Of a stretch of DNA of 64,000 nucleotides, positions 1 through 11,147 are shown one piece after another (positions within the stretch are counted from its first letter, which is position 1; every line of letters starts with the position of its first letter). The stretch comes from Fidelibacterota bacterium (lineage in GTDB: Bacteria > Fidelibacterota > UBA8477 > JABMPR01). The translations under genes were made by a program, and so were the position numbers. The stretch covers positions 13,859-77,858 of the forward strand of contig JADHVL010000006.1 in NCBI GenBank assembly GCA_016784025.1. Direction: 5' to 3'. The notes beneath the pieces are model-generated. The model was not told the DNA's origin and did not search any database. It saw only the letters and a list, made by a program, of their open reading frames with translations.

Positions 1-538
1 ACTTTAACCTGGTTCCTCTAAGTCGTTTAGTCACGTTATCTTCAGTGGGGAGCAACGTATGTTGTCTTTTCTCTTTAACAAGCACATTTACTGGGTTAAA
101 GATTCAGTCCGTAAGCTGTAGTCCTGAATGGTTATTACACAGGGATATCGAAATCGTTCCAGGAATTCTCATGGATATTTAATTGAAACTAGTATGGGAT
201 TTATTTATGTCCGCACGGTGATATAAATCCAGTAGGTGCAGGTGGGATAAAAGTGGCCAATATTTGTGTATGATAATGAGTTTCTAAAGAGCTTGAGAGT
301 GACTGTGAATCAGTCGATTAGAGATACACCGGGCTGGAATTGCCATCGGCTTCGTTCAGCTCAAAGCCTAAAATTGATTCACGCGATCATTCAGGAACTT
401 ATCCCCCCAAGCCATTGGGAGCATAGCTTCCTTGGTGTAATCATATGCAGATCGTGGACTCTAGTACCATAAAGCACATTGATTCCGTAGTAAAATTAGA
501 CTACTTTTTTCCCTCATATTAAAGTTGATCTGTAGGGG

Positions 539-1816
539 GTGGATGTTTTGAGGATCATTCTGGTTTTTATTCTATGCAGTTCTGCACTACTGGCACAGGC
601 CGATTCTGTATTTACAAAAACAGATGTTTATTCAGGCAAGGTTATTTGGGCCATGTTCTATTCTGTGTTTCTTCAGAATGACACCTGTGACCAAATGGCG
701 ATTCCCACTGAGAAAATCCATCGACTCGTTTTGGGAAATGGCGAGGAGATCATCGGACCTGGGGTCCCAAACAGACGATACTACAGATATCTTGATACCT
801 TTGTTGAATTTCCATCGGGAACACCAGACTCCTTACGAGCCAATCGGCCTGCACCTGGGACCGTCTCTGTCATGGGCAAGCGAGCAGCGTTAGCATCAGA
901 CAATCCTGCTTTGGATATCTCTGAACAGCGCCTGGATGTTGTAGATGTAGATGGTAACACTTATCGGACCATCAAGATAGGATCTCAAACCTGGATGGCA
1001 GAGAATCTCAGGGTAACCCGATACCGGGACGGCACACCCATTCCACTACTCGCGCATAACAAGGACTGGACAGGCGCCCAGACAGGGGCCATGGCCGTAT
1101 ATAATCAAAAAGATACATACGGGTTACTATACAATTGGTATGCCGTGACCGATCCTCGGGGGTTGGCTCCTGACGGTTGGCACATCCCATCAGATGCTGA
1201 ATGGACTGCATTGGAACAGACCCTGGGTATGAATGTTTTTGAAGCCCAGCGAACGGGAGCCTATAGAGGCAACGGTGTTGGCGGAAAACTTTCAGGTGCA
1301 CGTGAACATTGGGAACATGGTGAACTCACAGAGGACCACCAGTTTGCCAGTACTGCGTTTTCGGCTTTGCCAGGTGGTTTTCGAGGTTATCTCAGTGGCT
1401 CCTTTAGTGGTTGGGGCAACTCAGCTTTTTTCTGGTCTTCCACTGCGATCCATGCAGGGAGCGCTTTTTACCGCAGTCTGAATTCTAAACACTCCGGAGT
1501 ATATCGTGACCATGCCAGTAAACAGGTGGGTCTGGCCATCCGCTGCATCAAGGATCTTCCAGAAGATGATGACAAAATCTATTCTGCTCAGAGAACAGCA
1601 GATGATCCACAGGGTTATGCTCCTAGTGCCATGAAGGGAATTGTGAGTGCCACACTTTGGAGGGGCATGACCACAGAAAGAGCCCGTCGGAGTCTGGGAG
1701 AACCTGAAAAGATCAATCGGACAGAATATAATTTCACGATTTATGAACGTTGGGTTTACCGCCAGGGGAGAACTCTTTTTTTTGAAAGTGGGCAGCTGAA
1801 CAGCTGGGAGGATTGA
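539..1816 (+). CDS. Exported FISUMP-domain protein (Fibrobacter succinogenes major paralogous domain, TIGR02145-like) with C-terminal BamE/SmpA-OmlA-like module
   Basis: 425-aa ORF (GTG start in track) with a hydrophobic signal-like N-terminus (ILVFILCSSALLAQA). The core 'GNTYRTIKIGSQTWMAENL...LLYNWYAV...APDGWHIPSDAEWTAL...FSALPGGFR...FFWSST...GLAIRCIKD' is the recognisable FISUMP pattern. The tail 'WRGMTTERARRSLGEPEKI...WVY...LFFESGQL' resembles BamE-like lipoprotein modules. Confidence 0.7.
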   Translation: MDVLRIILVFILCSSALLAQADSVFTKTDVYSGKVIWAMFYSVFLQNDTCDQMAIPTEKIHRLVLGNGEEIIGPGVPNRRYYRYLDTFVEFPSGTPDSLRANRPAPGTVSVMGKRAALASDNPALDISEQRLDVVDVDGNTYRTIKIGSQTWMAENLRVTRYRDGTPIPLLAHNKDWTGAQTGAMAVYNQKDTYGLLYNWYAVTDPRGLAPDGWHIPSDAEWTALEQTLGMNVFEAQRTGAYRGNGVGGKLSGAREHWEHGELTEDHQFASTAFSALPGGFRGYLSGSFSGWGNSAFFWSSTAIHAGSAFYRSLNSKHSGVYRDHASKQVGLAIRCIKDLPEDDDKIYSAQRTADDPQGYAPSAMKGIVSATLWRGMTTERARRSLGEPEKINRTEYNFTIYERWVYRQGRTLFFESGQLNSWED

Positions 1817-1876
1817 AAGAATCTCCCTCCGGTTTCTATCTCCGTGTTCTGAGGCGATCAGAATATTCGGCTCTGC

Positions 1877-3283
1877 TTAAGGGTACCATAGATAAATGAC
1901 TAGATCCATAACATTGGTGCCTGATGGACCTGTGATAAACAGCTGCTCTAATGTTTTAAAAACTGCGTAGGCATTATTCTGCTGTAATTCAGCATGGAGA
2001 TCAATATCAAGCTTGCCAGCCCGTCTTTCCGATCCAGCATCGGCCCATGCTCCGGCAGCATCAGTGGGTCCATCAATTCCATCAGTTCCAGCTGACAACA
2101 ATAAGACATCACCAAGCTGTGGTAGCAGCTCAATTGCTGCAAGAACGTATTCCTGATTTCGCCCACCTCGACCTGACCCCTGCACGGTCACAGTAGTTTC
2201 ACCTCCATAAAGGAAGCACTGTGGTGTCTTTGGATCATATAGTTGCAACCAATTTTTGATTTCCCCAATGTGTTCATCAGCGACCAATCGAGCTTCTCCG
2301 TACATATTATCAGACAAAATATGGGTATCGAACCCCATGATATCAGCTTCATCTTTTGCTGCTTCCAGGGCGTTTCTATTTTCAGCCAGGATATGATAGG
2401 AGGTGTTCTGGAAACATGGATGGTCAGGGGATGCATTGTCAGGATTCTTCCCTGTAGCAGACTCAAGCAGATGATCACGGATTGAGGAGTCGACTTCCTG
2501 GAACAGTTTGTATTTCTCCAGGATCTGGATGGCATCAGCCGCCGTGGAAGAATTAGCAACCGTCGGTCCTGATCCGATAACAGAGGGTGGTGAGCCCAGG
2601 ACATCGCTGATGCTGAGTGTCACCACGGTAGCCGGAAATAACCGTTTAGCTAAATTTCCACCCTTTACGGCTGATATCTGCTTTCTTATGGTATTGATTT
2701 GACCAATATCAGCTCCTGCGTGTAATAGCAGGTTGGTCATATCCTGTACAGATTTTAGTGAGATGCAATTCACCGGGAGTGTCAGAAGTGCTGAGGCACC
2801 TCCAGATAACACGAACAATACAAAGGTATCACTGCGGGCAGCGTCGGCATAGGCCGTTAATTCTCCAGCTGCTTTCCGGCCGCGCTCATCGGGAACGGGA
2901 TGACCAGCCTCCCTGATCTTGATCCTCTTTGTGGATCTTGAATTTCCATCACTTGTAATCACAAGACCAGCATCGAAGCGATCACCCAGGATTTCCTCCA
3001 GGGCTTCAGCCATGGAGCCTGCGGCTTTCCCCGCTCCCAGCACAAGAACTTTTTCGAAACTGTTCAGGTCCCAACTCTGATCATCAATCATCAAGATACT
3101 ATTGTCAAAATCAAGCCTACATCTGAGAGCCTGTTCAGCTTTGACTCGGGCCAGACCAGCAGTATAGATGTTTTTAATTTGCTCCAGCCGCGATTGGTTT
3201 TTATATCCTGTTCGTACATCCATAATGCTCTCATAATCGTAAATAACATCTTGAAAAACAAGCTGGTAAATACTTTTACGCAA
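1877..3283 (-). CDS. Glycerate 2-kinase / hydroxypyruvate-reductase-like protein (DUF4147 + MOFRL family)
   Basis: 468-aa ORF with 'VLVLGAGKAAGSMAEALEE', 'GGETTVTVQGSGRGGRNQEYVLAA' and 'SAGTDGIDGPTDAAGAWAD', typical of MOFRL glycerate kinases. The track start is TTG (rc of caa at 3281-3283). An internal ATG (MDVRT...) 20 codons in is an alternative start. Confidence 0.8.
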   Translation of the reverse strand: MRKSIYQLVFQDVIYDYESIMDVRTGYKNQSRLEQIKNIYTAGLARVKAEQALRCRLDFDNSILMIDDQSWDLNSFEKVLVLGAGKAAGSMAEALEEILGDRFDAGLVITSDGNSRSTKRIKIREAGHPVPDERGRKAAGELTAYADAARSDTFVLFVLSGGASALLTLPVNCISLKSVQDMTNLLLHAGADIGQINTIRKQISAVKGGNLAKRLFPATVVTLSISDVLGSPPSVIGSGPTVANSSTAADAIQILEKYKLFQEVDSSIRDHLLESATGKNPDNASPDHPCFQNTSYHILAENRNALEAAKDEADIMGFDTHILSDNMYGEARLVADEHIGEIKNWLQLYDPKTPQCFLYGGETTVTVQGSGRGGRNQEYVLAAIELLPQLGDVLLLSAGTDGIDGPTDAAGAWADAGSERRAGKLDIDLHAELQQNNAYAVFKTLEQLFITGPSGTNVMDLVIYLWYP

Positions 3284-3480
3284 AAATCATTTTCTTTTTA
3301 TTCCGATTCAATTTTAAGTTGCGCAAAAGGCGAACAGTGGTATATGTATACTAACCACGTTCTGCTATTCAAATTCCAACCCAGCCTGGGGAAGTTGCCA
3401 TGGATGACCTAGACCGCCAGTTATCTGGAGATCGTGAGATTTTTCGCAAAACAGATGCATTCATTTAAGGAGTCGCAACC

Positions 3481-4800
3481 ATGATTCAGATTTTATTGCT
3501 ATTAGCGAGTATCGCCTTCATCATTTTAGGAACCACACGACTCAAGTTGCATCCATTCCTGACCCTGCTGGGCGCAGGTGTATTTCTGGGATTGTTCTCA
3601 GGATTAAGTGGTAGTGATGTTCTAACCGCACTCAGTACTGGTTTTGGAAAAACCCTGGCTGGTATCGGTATTGTTATCACCCTGGGATCCATCATCGGGA
3701 CTTATCTCGAAAAAAATGGTGGTGCAAAGGCGATAGCATCAGCCTTGCTTAGGGCAGTAGGGGAGAAACGCTCACCCCTGGCTATCAATCTCACTGGAGC
3801 CATTGTTTCCATTCCAGTCTTCTGTGATTCTGGATTTGTTATTCTTTCCACCTTGAATAAAGCGCTTTCAAAAAAGACAGGGATTCCCTTGATCGTCTTT
3901 GCCATTGCTCTGGCGACCGGGCTCTATACGACCCATGTTTTCGTCCCACCAACTCCGGGTCCGCTGGCTGCTGCTGCTGCCCTTGATGCTGATCTTGGTT
4001 TAGTAATGCTGTTGGGAATTGCAGTTTCGATCCCGGTCACTCTGGCTGGTTGGCTCTGGGCTATCAGGCTGGGCAAGCAGGCTGATCCCAACATACCAGA
4101 GCAGGTCATTGTAGAGGAGGAAGAAGCTCCTTCTATTTCCCTGTTGAGTGCCATCGGACCAATTCTATTGCCCATTTTGTTGATTGCTATGAAATCTTTA
4201 GCTGATTATCCCAGTCATCCACTGGGAGAGAATGGTTTTTCCCAATTTGTATCAACAATTGGTCATCCAGTCATGGCACTGTTCATGGGAGTGATTCTGG
4301 CAATGACACTAGGTGGTGGTGCCGTTCGCGAGCAGCGCTTTGAATGGGTGGGTGAAGCCCTTAAAAGTGCTGGTATCATTATTTTGATTACTGGCGCAGG
4401 GGGTGCCTTTGGGAGCGTTCTACGTGCGTCAGGTATTGCTGATTTTATCGGTGATAATCTGGTAACATGGAATCTTGGTCTTTTTCTGCCATTTTTCCTG
4501 GCTGCAATGCTTAAAACAGCACAAGGCAGCTCCACAGTATCAATTATCACAACCGCTGCACTGATGGCTTCTTTGCTTGATCCACTGGGTTTAACGAGCC
4601 CGGTTAGTCGTGCCCTTGTTGTTCTGGCTATTGGAGCAGGAGCAATGACTGTGAGTCATGTCAATGACAGTTATTTCTGGGTGGTGAGTCAATTCTCAGG
4701 CCTGGACACTAGGGCTGCTTTACGTGGTCACACACTTGGGAGTCTTGTACTTGGTGTTACAGGTTTTACTATCATCACTTTGATTTCCTGGATTTTCTAA
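3481..4800 (+). CDS. GntP-family permease (gluconate/glycerate-type H+ symporter)
   Basis: 439-aa polytopic membrane ORF with an AAGGAG Shine-Dalgarno upstream. GntP-like segments include 'GKTLAGIGIVITLGSIIG', 'PVFCDSGFVIL', 'THVFVPPTPGPLAAA' and 'KTAQGSSTVSIITTAAL'. It is divergent from the glycerate kinase gene. Confidence 0.85.
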   Translation: MIQILLLLASIAFIILGTTRLKLHPFLTLLGAGVFLGLFSGLSGSDVLTALSTGFGKTLAGIGIVITLGSIIGTYLEKNGGAKAIASALLRAVGEKRSPLAINLTGAIVSIPVFCDSGFVILSTLNKALSKKTGIPLIVFAIALATGLYTTHVFVPPTPGPLAAAAALDADLGLVMLLGIAVSIPVTLAGWLWAIRLGKQADPNIPEQVIVEEEEAPSISLLSAIGPILLPILLIAMKSLADYPSHPLGENGFSQFVSTIGHPVMALFMGVILAMTLGGGAVREQRFEWVGEALKSAGIIILITGAGGAFGSVLRASGIADFIGDNLVTWNLGLFLPFFLAAMLKTAQGSSTVSIITTAALMASLLDPLGLTSPVSRALVVLAIGAGAMTVSHVNDSYFWVVSQFSGLDTRAALRGHTLGSLVLGVTGFTIITLISWIF

Positions 4801-5130
4801 TATTCCACAGGTCCAATAAAAACTATTGTCCAAGTATGGTTTTCCTGGTGGGGTCTGTTGCCCCAGAGTGATTCCTAACTCATTGCCAGTATCCGAAACG
4901 CTGATCCACAATGCTGAGATAAATCTAGCCCACATCAGCAATATCTCAGAGATGGTAGAATCTTAACATAAAGTTTATTGTGTTTCAGTGATGTCTGTAA
5001 GCGACTGAGAATCAGTCTGTTAGAATGGTAGCCAGGGCTCATCTACGTTCTTCGAACTACGATGAGTAATCCGGAAAATATCTTAATATTTTAATAAGGA
5101 AGTGCTCGCCAATCGTAGCGAAGCGTAGAA

Positions 5131-5218
5131 TGGTACCCGGGGCCGGAATCGAACCGGCACGCCTGTTTAGGGCGAGGGATTTTAAGTCCCTTGTGTCTAC
5201 CAATTCCACCACCCGGGC
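5131..5218 (-). tRNA. tRNA-Leu (anticodon UAA)
   Basis: Minus-strand cloverleaf read by hand. Acceptor GCCCGGG/CCCGGGT, anticodon arm AGGGA-CTTAAAA-TCCCT (anticodon TAA), long variable arm, T-arm GCCGG-TTCGATT-CCGGC, encoded CCA. Confidence 0.9.
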
Positions 5219-5246
5219 CAAACGGTATATCTATTGTAAAAAACTG

Positions 5247-5321
5247 AGGCGTGGGTCGGATTCGAACCGGCGAATGATGGTTTTGCAAACCACTCCCTTA
5301 GACCAACTTGGGCACCACGCC
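5247..5321 (-). tRNA. tRNA-Cys (anticodon GCA)
   Basis: Minus-strand cloverleaf. Acceptor GGCGTGG/CCACGCC, anticodon arm GTGGT-TTGCAAA-ACCAT (GCA), T-loop TTCGAAT, and discriminator U as expected for tRNA-Cys. CCA is not encoded. There is one C-A mismatch in the T-stem. Confidence 0.85.
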
Positions 5322-5337
5322 ATCAAAAAAGCCGCGC

Positions 5338-5366
5338 AATATAGTTTACCAAGAAGCATAGGTCAA
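5338..5366 (-). promoter_or_regulatory. Putative sigma70-type promoter for the tRNA-Cys/tRNA-Leu unit
   Basis: On the minus strand: TTGACC (rc of 5361-5366), a 17-nt spacer, then TATATT (rc of 5338-5343). A GC-rich discriminator (GCGCGGC) follows, and the site lies about 15 nt upstream of the tRNA-Cys 5' end. Confidence 0.5.
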
Positions 5367-5527
5367 CTATAGCATACAAGGTGTAAGATAAATCTATTCC
5401 ATCCCAAAATTGAGTTCGTAATCTTTGTTAAATTCGTTGTAAACAAAAGATCACTGCAGGTGCTACCTACCTGTGTAGAGAAGCATAAAATAATCCTCTG
5501 CGTTCTCTGTGCTCTCTGTGGTTAAAT

Positions 5528-5555
5528 AAAAAAAAGGCCGATCAAATGACCGGCC
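5528..5555 (-). terminator. Rho-independent terminator downstream of groEL
   Basis: GGCCG...CGGCC stem (5536-5555). On the minus-strand transcript it is followed by a run of 8 U (A-run 5528-5535). It lies about 30 nt after the groEL stop. Confidence 0.8.
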
Positions 5556-5583
5556 TTTTGAATGAACGTGTTACTGGGTTGGC

Positions 5584-7260
<1,677 letters not shown>

Positions 7261-7300
7261 TCAGTTGCAACTGACGTATATAATTCAAAATTATGCTCAA

Positions 7301-7327
7301 TTAGCACTCACACCTTTAGAGCGCCAA
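7301..7327 (-). promoter_or_regulatory. CIRCE-like (HrcA operator) inverted repeat in the groEL leader
   Basis: TTAGCACTC-N9-GAGCGCCAA versus the CIRCE consensus TTAGCACTC-N9-GAGTGCTAA (left arm 9/9, right arm 7/9). It lies immediately downstream of the putative -10 box. Confidence 0.7.
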
Positions 7328-7356
7328 ATTATATTCAGGTTACAATCTGACTCCAA
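7328..7356 (-). promoter_or_regulatory. Putative groEL promoter
   Basis: Minus strand: TTGGAG (rc of 7351-7356), a 17-nt spacer, then TATAAT (rc of 7328-7333). It abuts the CIRCE element. Confidence 0.5.
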
Positions 7357-7539
7357 GTAAAAATCAACGAAAAAAGAAGTGATTAATAGACCTGTATATT
7401 GAATAATAACAGTGATATAAACCGATATCATTCATTTTTCGTGACCAGGAATTACATGAAAGCAATTAGAAATAATTTTGATGAGTTGTAGCGACTGAAT
7501 TAAATAACTCAGACCGCCATTCCGGTGATATTGGGAATA

Positions 7540-7977
7540 CTAGTTCCCTGTGCTCCCAAATCCACCGGTGCCACGCGCGGTGTCACTGAGGTTCTCTACC
7601 AGTTCGAAGGTGATGGGTGAGCCATCCATGGCAACCAATTGGAACAGGCGATCTCCAGCAGAGACCTGGTAATCCTCAGTCTTAATATTGTCCACCATCC
7701 CGATTATTTCACCACGATATCCACCATCTATTAATCCAATGGAGTTTGACATCCTTAAAGGGGTCTTAGAGATACTTGAACGGGGCATGAGATAGTAGGG
7801 TTGGCCTGAGGCTGTTTCGCAGGATATTTGCAGTTTCAGAGGTGCAGTTTCACCAGCTCTGATGATTTGGTCTTCCATGATGAATAAATCGAGACCAGCA
7901 TCACCGGCATGGTAATGCCCATGTTGTTTGTATTGCTTACGGCTGGCTTCATTATGGGGTCGAATTTTTATGTGCAT
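7540..7977 (-). CDS. dut: dUTP diphosphatase (dUTPase)
   Basis: 145-aa ORF with the dUTPase motifs 'AGDAGLDL', 'PRSSISK', 'GLIDGGYRGEI', 'GDRLFQLV' and 'RGTGGFGSTG'. Confidence 0.9.
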   Translation of the reverse strand: MHIKIRPHNEASRKQYKQHGHYHAGDAGLDLFIMEDQIIRAGETAPLKLQISCETASGQPYYLMPRSSISKTPLRMSNSIGLIDGGYRGEIIGMVDNIKTEDYQVSAGDRLFQLVAMDGSPITFELVENLSDTARGTGGFGSTGN

Positions 7978-8027
7978 CTTTAACTCCTGCTTAGTTTCTT
8001 ATCGTATTCTTTCAATATTTTTGGCTT

Positions 8028-8101
8028 GTCATCCCGAGCGGAGTCGAGGGATACTGTGCATCAGTCTGGTGTGATCATCTCTCGACTCCGCTCGAGATGA
8101 C
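8028..8101. repeat. Long imperfect hairpin (REP-like element, GTCATCC-type arms)
   Basis: The 25-nt arm gtcatcccgagcggagtcgagggat (8028-8052) pairs with atctctcgactccgctcgagatgac (8077-8101), with two non-Watson-Crick positions and a 24-nt loop. It sits between the NagZ-fusion stop and the dut start. Confidence 0.6.
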
Positions 8102-8133
8102 GTGTCCGGGATCCCGCGAAGACATTTCAAACT

Positions 8134-11118
8134 TTAATGCCAAAGTTTATACCACCAGGAGTTCCGGCGTCGCTCTTCTCTAATCCAGCGGTCACGCCAT
8201 TCCAGACCTACCGTGATTTCCGTAAATCCCAGACTTTCGTATACGGATGAATGGACACGTTGACGCCAGTCAAAATAGTTGGGATATTTGTAACTACGAT
8301 TTGGATGGACCGCATTGGTGAGCAAAATGACAAACATCTGATTGTCTGGATCAATCCAAATGGAAGTTCCTGTGAACCCCGTATGCCCAAAACTATTGGC
8401 ACTCAAATAGACACCACCTGAACTGCTCTCCGAAGGACTGTCCCAACCGAGACAGCGTGAGTTTTCCTCATCCAGCATATTTGCTCGTTGGGTAAATAAT
8501 TCGATGGTCTCAGGTTTGAATATGACAGTATCTCCAAGTGTGCCCTCGTTTAGCATCATCTGTGAAAATCTAGCCAGATCAATTGCAGTAGCAAAGAGAC
8601 CAGCATGGCCAGTAATCCCACCCAGGGAATGTGAGTTTTCATCATGGACAAAACCATGTACCAACATGCTATCCAACTCACTGATCTCAGTTGGAACAAT
8701 TCGATCAAGCCTTTGATCAGGTAGATAGCCAGTGCTATGCATGGCGAGGGGTTCGAATATGACGCTATCCGTAAAAGCTTTCAAATCAGTCCCAGCCAGT
8801 TTCTCTATCACTTTCCCCAGCGTTATCAAACCGATATCAGAATACTTGTATTTGGTGCCTGGAATTGTGTCCAGTTCTGACTCAAACACACTGTCCAGCA
8901 GCGCTTCACTGTTGGGAGGCTCCATGAGGTAAAAGCGCTTGAAGGGTTTCATGCCTGCAGTGTGTGTCAGCAGGTTTTTAATGGTAATGGTTTGTTTCAA
9001 TGAGTCATTCAGCGAATCGGGTCCAGCAAATTCTGGGAGATAGGAGACCACCGTCGTGTCCAGATTAAGTTTGCCCTCCTCGTAAAGTTTCATGGCTGCC
9101 GATGTCGTGGCTATCACTTTGGTGACTGAGGCCAGATCAAAAATGTTCCCACGGTAGGTGTGTCGTTCTGAGTCGTAGGTATGTTCACCAAAATATTCAT
9201 GCATAAAAATTTTGCCGTCTTTAGCTGCCAGAAGTACGCCGCCGGGCCAGGCATTTTCGTCAAGAGCCTGATTCACATGGTGCATTATTTTGCCAGGATC
9301 AGCGCCAATGTCTTCAGGAGCCACATGTTGCAGAATCGTTGGCTGAAGTCTGGATTTGACATGAGTTGTCACACTTGATGTGGGAATTCCATTTCTGGTT
9401 AAGCCGTCACCTCGTTTTGCAATATCTGGAATGGTGATGGGAAGCTTACCAGTAATGTTGGCTTGTCCCAATAGTGCCCTGCCTAGCGCCCGCTGCATCT
9501 CCGTTTGACTGCCATAAGTCACGAGGTAGGTGGGAATGTCTGGAAAAGCGCGGATTAAATAGGGCGTTCCCAAACTGGTGACAGTCATATGAGGTGTCTT
9601 ACGAGAAAGGGAATCAACGAAATCACTTTGCAGGGGCGGTAAAAGCACACGATCCTTGTTCATTTTGACCCGACTGAAGATATTCAAAATCACCTTGGCA
9701 GAATCTGGAATACTTGCCAGAACATTGTCATAGGTCGAGGCTAAATCAGAATTGTCCAGGATCCAGGTTGAAACATTGTTGAGGGAGTGTTGGAGCACCG
9801 ACTGAATAGTTGATCTGTCATGATCATTGGCCCAGTCACGAATATCGACAATATAGACATGTTGTGAATCTGTCGTACTTACAGGCACAAGATCCTGATT
9901 GTCTCTAACCAGTGTGATGGCCTTGCTCATGATATCCTGAGCCACAGACTTATTGTGTTGGGTGCCCAGTCTGGTCTGCATATCAGCTAGACTTAAAGTT
10001 TTCTTTTTGTCCAGACCAAGTTTTTGCTTGAGAGTCAGAATCCTCACGACGGATTCATCAATTCGACTTTCGCTGATCAATCCATCTCTCACGGCTTCTT
10101 CAATCCAGTCAACTGACCCTTTATAATTCCGATTCTGAATGATGATATCAGAGCCCGCCTTTATGGTCTGGATCAAGGCATATCGATCGGGATAATTTCT
10201 GGTGATGCCACCCATGGCCATGGCATCCGTAATGATTGCGCCTTTAAAACCTTGTTTCTTTCTTAATATATCGTGTAACCAGAAGGGGGAGAGGCTGGAG
10301 GGAATACCCGGCTCCAGCTGAAATTCACCGGCATCAAGATGACCCACCATGACCAGATCAACCCCTGCATCAATGATAGCCTGAAAAGGTTTGAGCTCTA
10401 CATCCCACAGACGGGCAGAATCAGAGGGAATTTGTGCCAGCGAAATATGGGAATCTGTATGAGTGTCACCATGACCTGGATAGTGCTTGGCAGTGGCTAA
10501 CATGCCCTGGGAGTGAAGTCCCTGCATAAAACTGATGGCATACCGTGAGACTTCATCAGGATCCTCACTAAACGCTCGGGTGTTAATGATGGGATTGGAT
10601 GGGTTGTTATTCACATCAACAACTGGGGCCAGAGCCAGATGAATACCCAATGCACGGCCTTCTTCAGCGGTAATTCGACCTGCTTCAAATGCCAGCTTTG
10701 GGTCACCGGTAGCAGCCAGTGCCATAGGCCACGGAATTTGTGTTCCTGCACCAAACCTTTTCTGAAGTCCGTACTCCAGGTCTGCCTGTATCATAATCGG
10801 GACAGTAGAACGAGACTGCATTTCATTGAGCAGCGTTAAGGCGGAAGCGGTTTCACCACCCCAGACGTGGATAAATCCAATGCCATCGGTTTCAAGGAGA
10901 TCCTGGATTTCTTCCCAACGGGCAGATTCTGCTGGCAAATAGTCAAGGCTCATGGAATAGACCATCATCTGAGATATTTTTTGGCGCAGACTTAATTTCT
11001 TGAGTGTCGTCCTTACCCATGGTGATGAATCAACAGCAGCTGGTTGGCTACTACAGGTGATGAGTACGAGGACTGCCAGGGTTACAGCAGAAAGTCTAAA
11101 AATCCGAGAATAGTGCAT
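8134..11118 (-). CDS. Lipoprotein fusion: GH3 beta-N-acetylhexosaminidase (NagZ-like) + class-C-beta-lactamase-fold serine hydrolase (AmiE/YbbE-like)
   Basis: 994-aa ORF with signal peptide and lipobox (LVLITC). The N-terminal half carries 'KHYPGHGDTHTDSH' and 'GAIITDAMAMGG' (GH3/NagZ). The C-terminal half carries SxxK 'ASVTKVIATTSA', 'YSD' and 'HTGFTGTS' (serine beta-lactamase/esterase fold). Confidence 0.8.
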   Translation of the reverse strand: MHYSRIFRLSAVTLAVLVLITCSSQPAAVDSSPWVRTTLKKLSLRQKISQMMVYSMSLDYLPAESARWEEIQDLLETDGIGFIHVWGGETASALTLLNEMQSRSTVPIMIQADLEYGLQKRFGAGTQIPWPMALAATGDPKLAFEAGRITAEEGRALGIHLALAPVVDVNNNPSNPIINTRAFSEDPDEVSRYAISFMQGLHSQGMLATAKHYPGHGDTHTDSHISLAQIPSDSARLWDVELKPFQAIIDAGVDLVMVGHLDAGEFQLEPGIPSSLSPFWLHDILRKKQGFKGAIITDAMAMGGITRNYPDRYALIQTIKAGSDIIIQNRNYKGSVDWIEEAVRDGLISESRIDESVVRILTLKQKLGLDKKKTLSLADMQTRLGTQHNKSVAQDIMSKAITLVRDNQDLVPVSTTDSQHVYIVDIRDWANDHDRSTIQSVLQHSLNNVSTWILDNSDLASTYDNVLASIPDSAKVILNIFSRVKMNKDRVLLPPLQSDFVDSLSRKTPHMTVTSLGTPYLIRAFPDIPTYLVTYGSQTEMQRALGRALLGQANITGKLPITIPDIAKRGDGLTRNGIPTSSVTTHVKSRLQPTILQHVAPEDIGADPGKIMHHVNQALDENAWPGGVLLAAKDGKIFMHEYFGEHTYDSERHTYRGNIFDLASVTKVIATTSAAMKLYEEGKLNLDTTVVSYLPEFAGPDSLNDSLKQTITIKNLLTHTAGMKPFKRFYLMEPPNSEALLDSVFESELDTIPGTKYKYSDIGLITLGKVIEKLAGTDLKAFTDSVIFEPLAMHSTGYLPDQRLDRIVPTEISELDSMLVHGFVHDENSHSLGGITGHAGLFATAIDLARFSQMMLNEGTLGDTVIFKPETIELFTQRANMLDEENSRCLGWDSPSESSSGGVYLSANSFGHTGFTGTSIWIDPDNQMFVILLTNAVHPNRSYKYPNYFDWRQRVHSSVYESLGFTEITVGLEWRDRWIREERRRNSWWYKLWH

Positions 11119-11147
11119 GAGTATCCTGTAAAGTTGTGGAATGTTTC

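Noticed and set aside
266-472. 68-aa ORF and the largely ORF-free first 538 nt of the window
   Set aside because: There is no recognisable protein similarity, no convincing RBS, and no structured-RNA hallmark that I could identify. I leave it unannotated.
5022-5040. Sequence ttagaatggtagccagggct resembling the tRNA-Leu 3' end plus flank (gtagaatggtacccggggcc at 5126-5144), a possible att-site remnant of an integrated element
   Set aside because: Identity is only about 16/20. The copies are about 100 nt apart with nothing integrated between them, and there is no integrase nearby. The evidence is insufficient for a mobile-element scar.
4801-5130. 330-nt gap between the GntP gene and tRNA-Leu, with several short hairpins (ctgagata...tatctcag; gactga-gaa-tcagtc; ctcatc...gatgag)
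   Set aside because: The stems are short (6-8 bp), and no match to ncRNA hallmarks (SRP, 6S, tmRNA, RNase P, riboswitch cores) could be recognised by eye. It needs an Infernal/Rfam scan before any call.
5091-5372. ORFs 5091-5288 (-) and 5130-5372 (+)
   Set aside because: They overlap the two tRNA genes and are artefacts of translating structured RNA genes.
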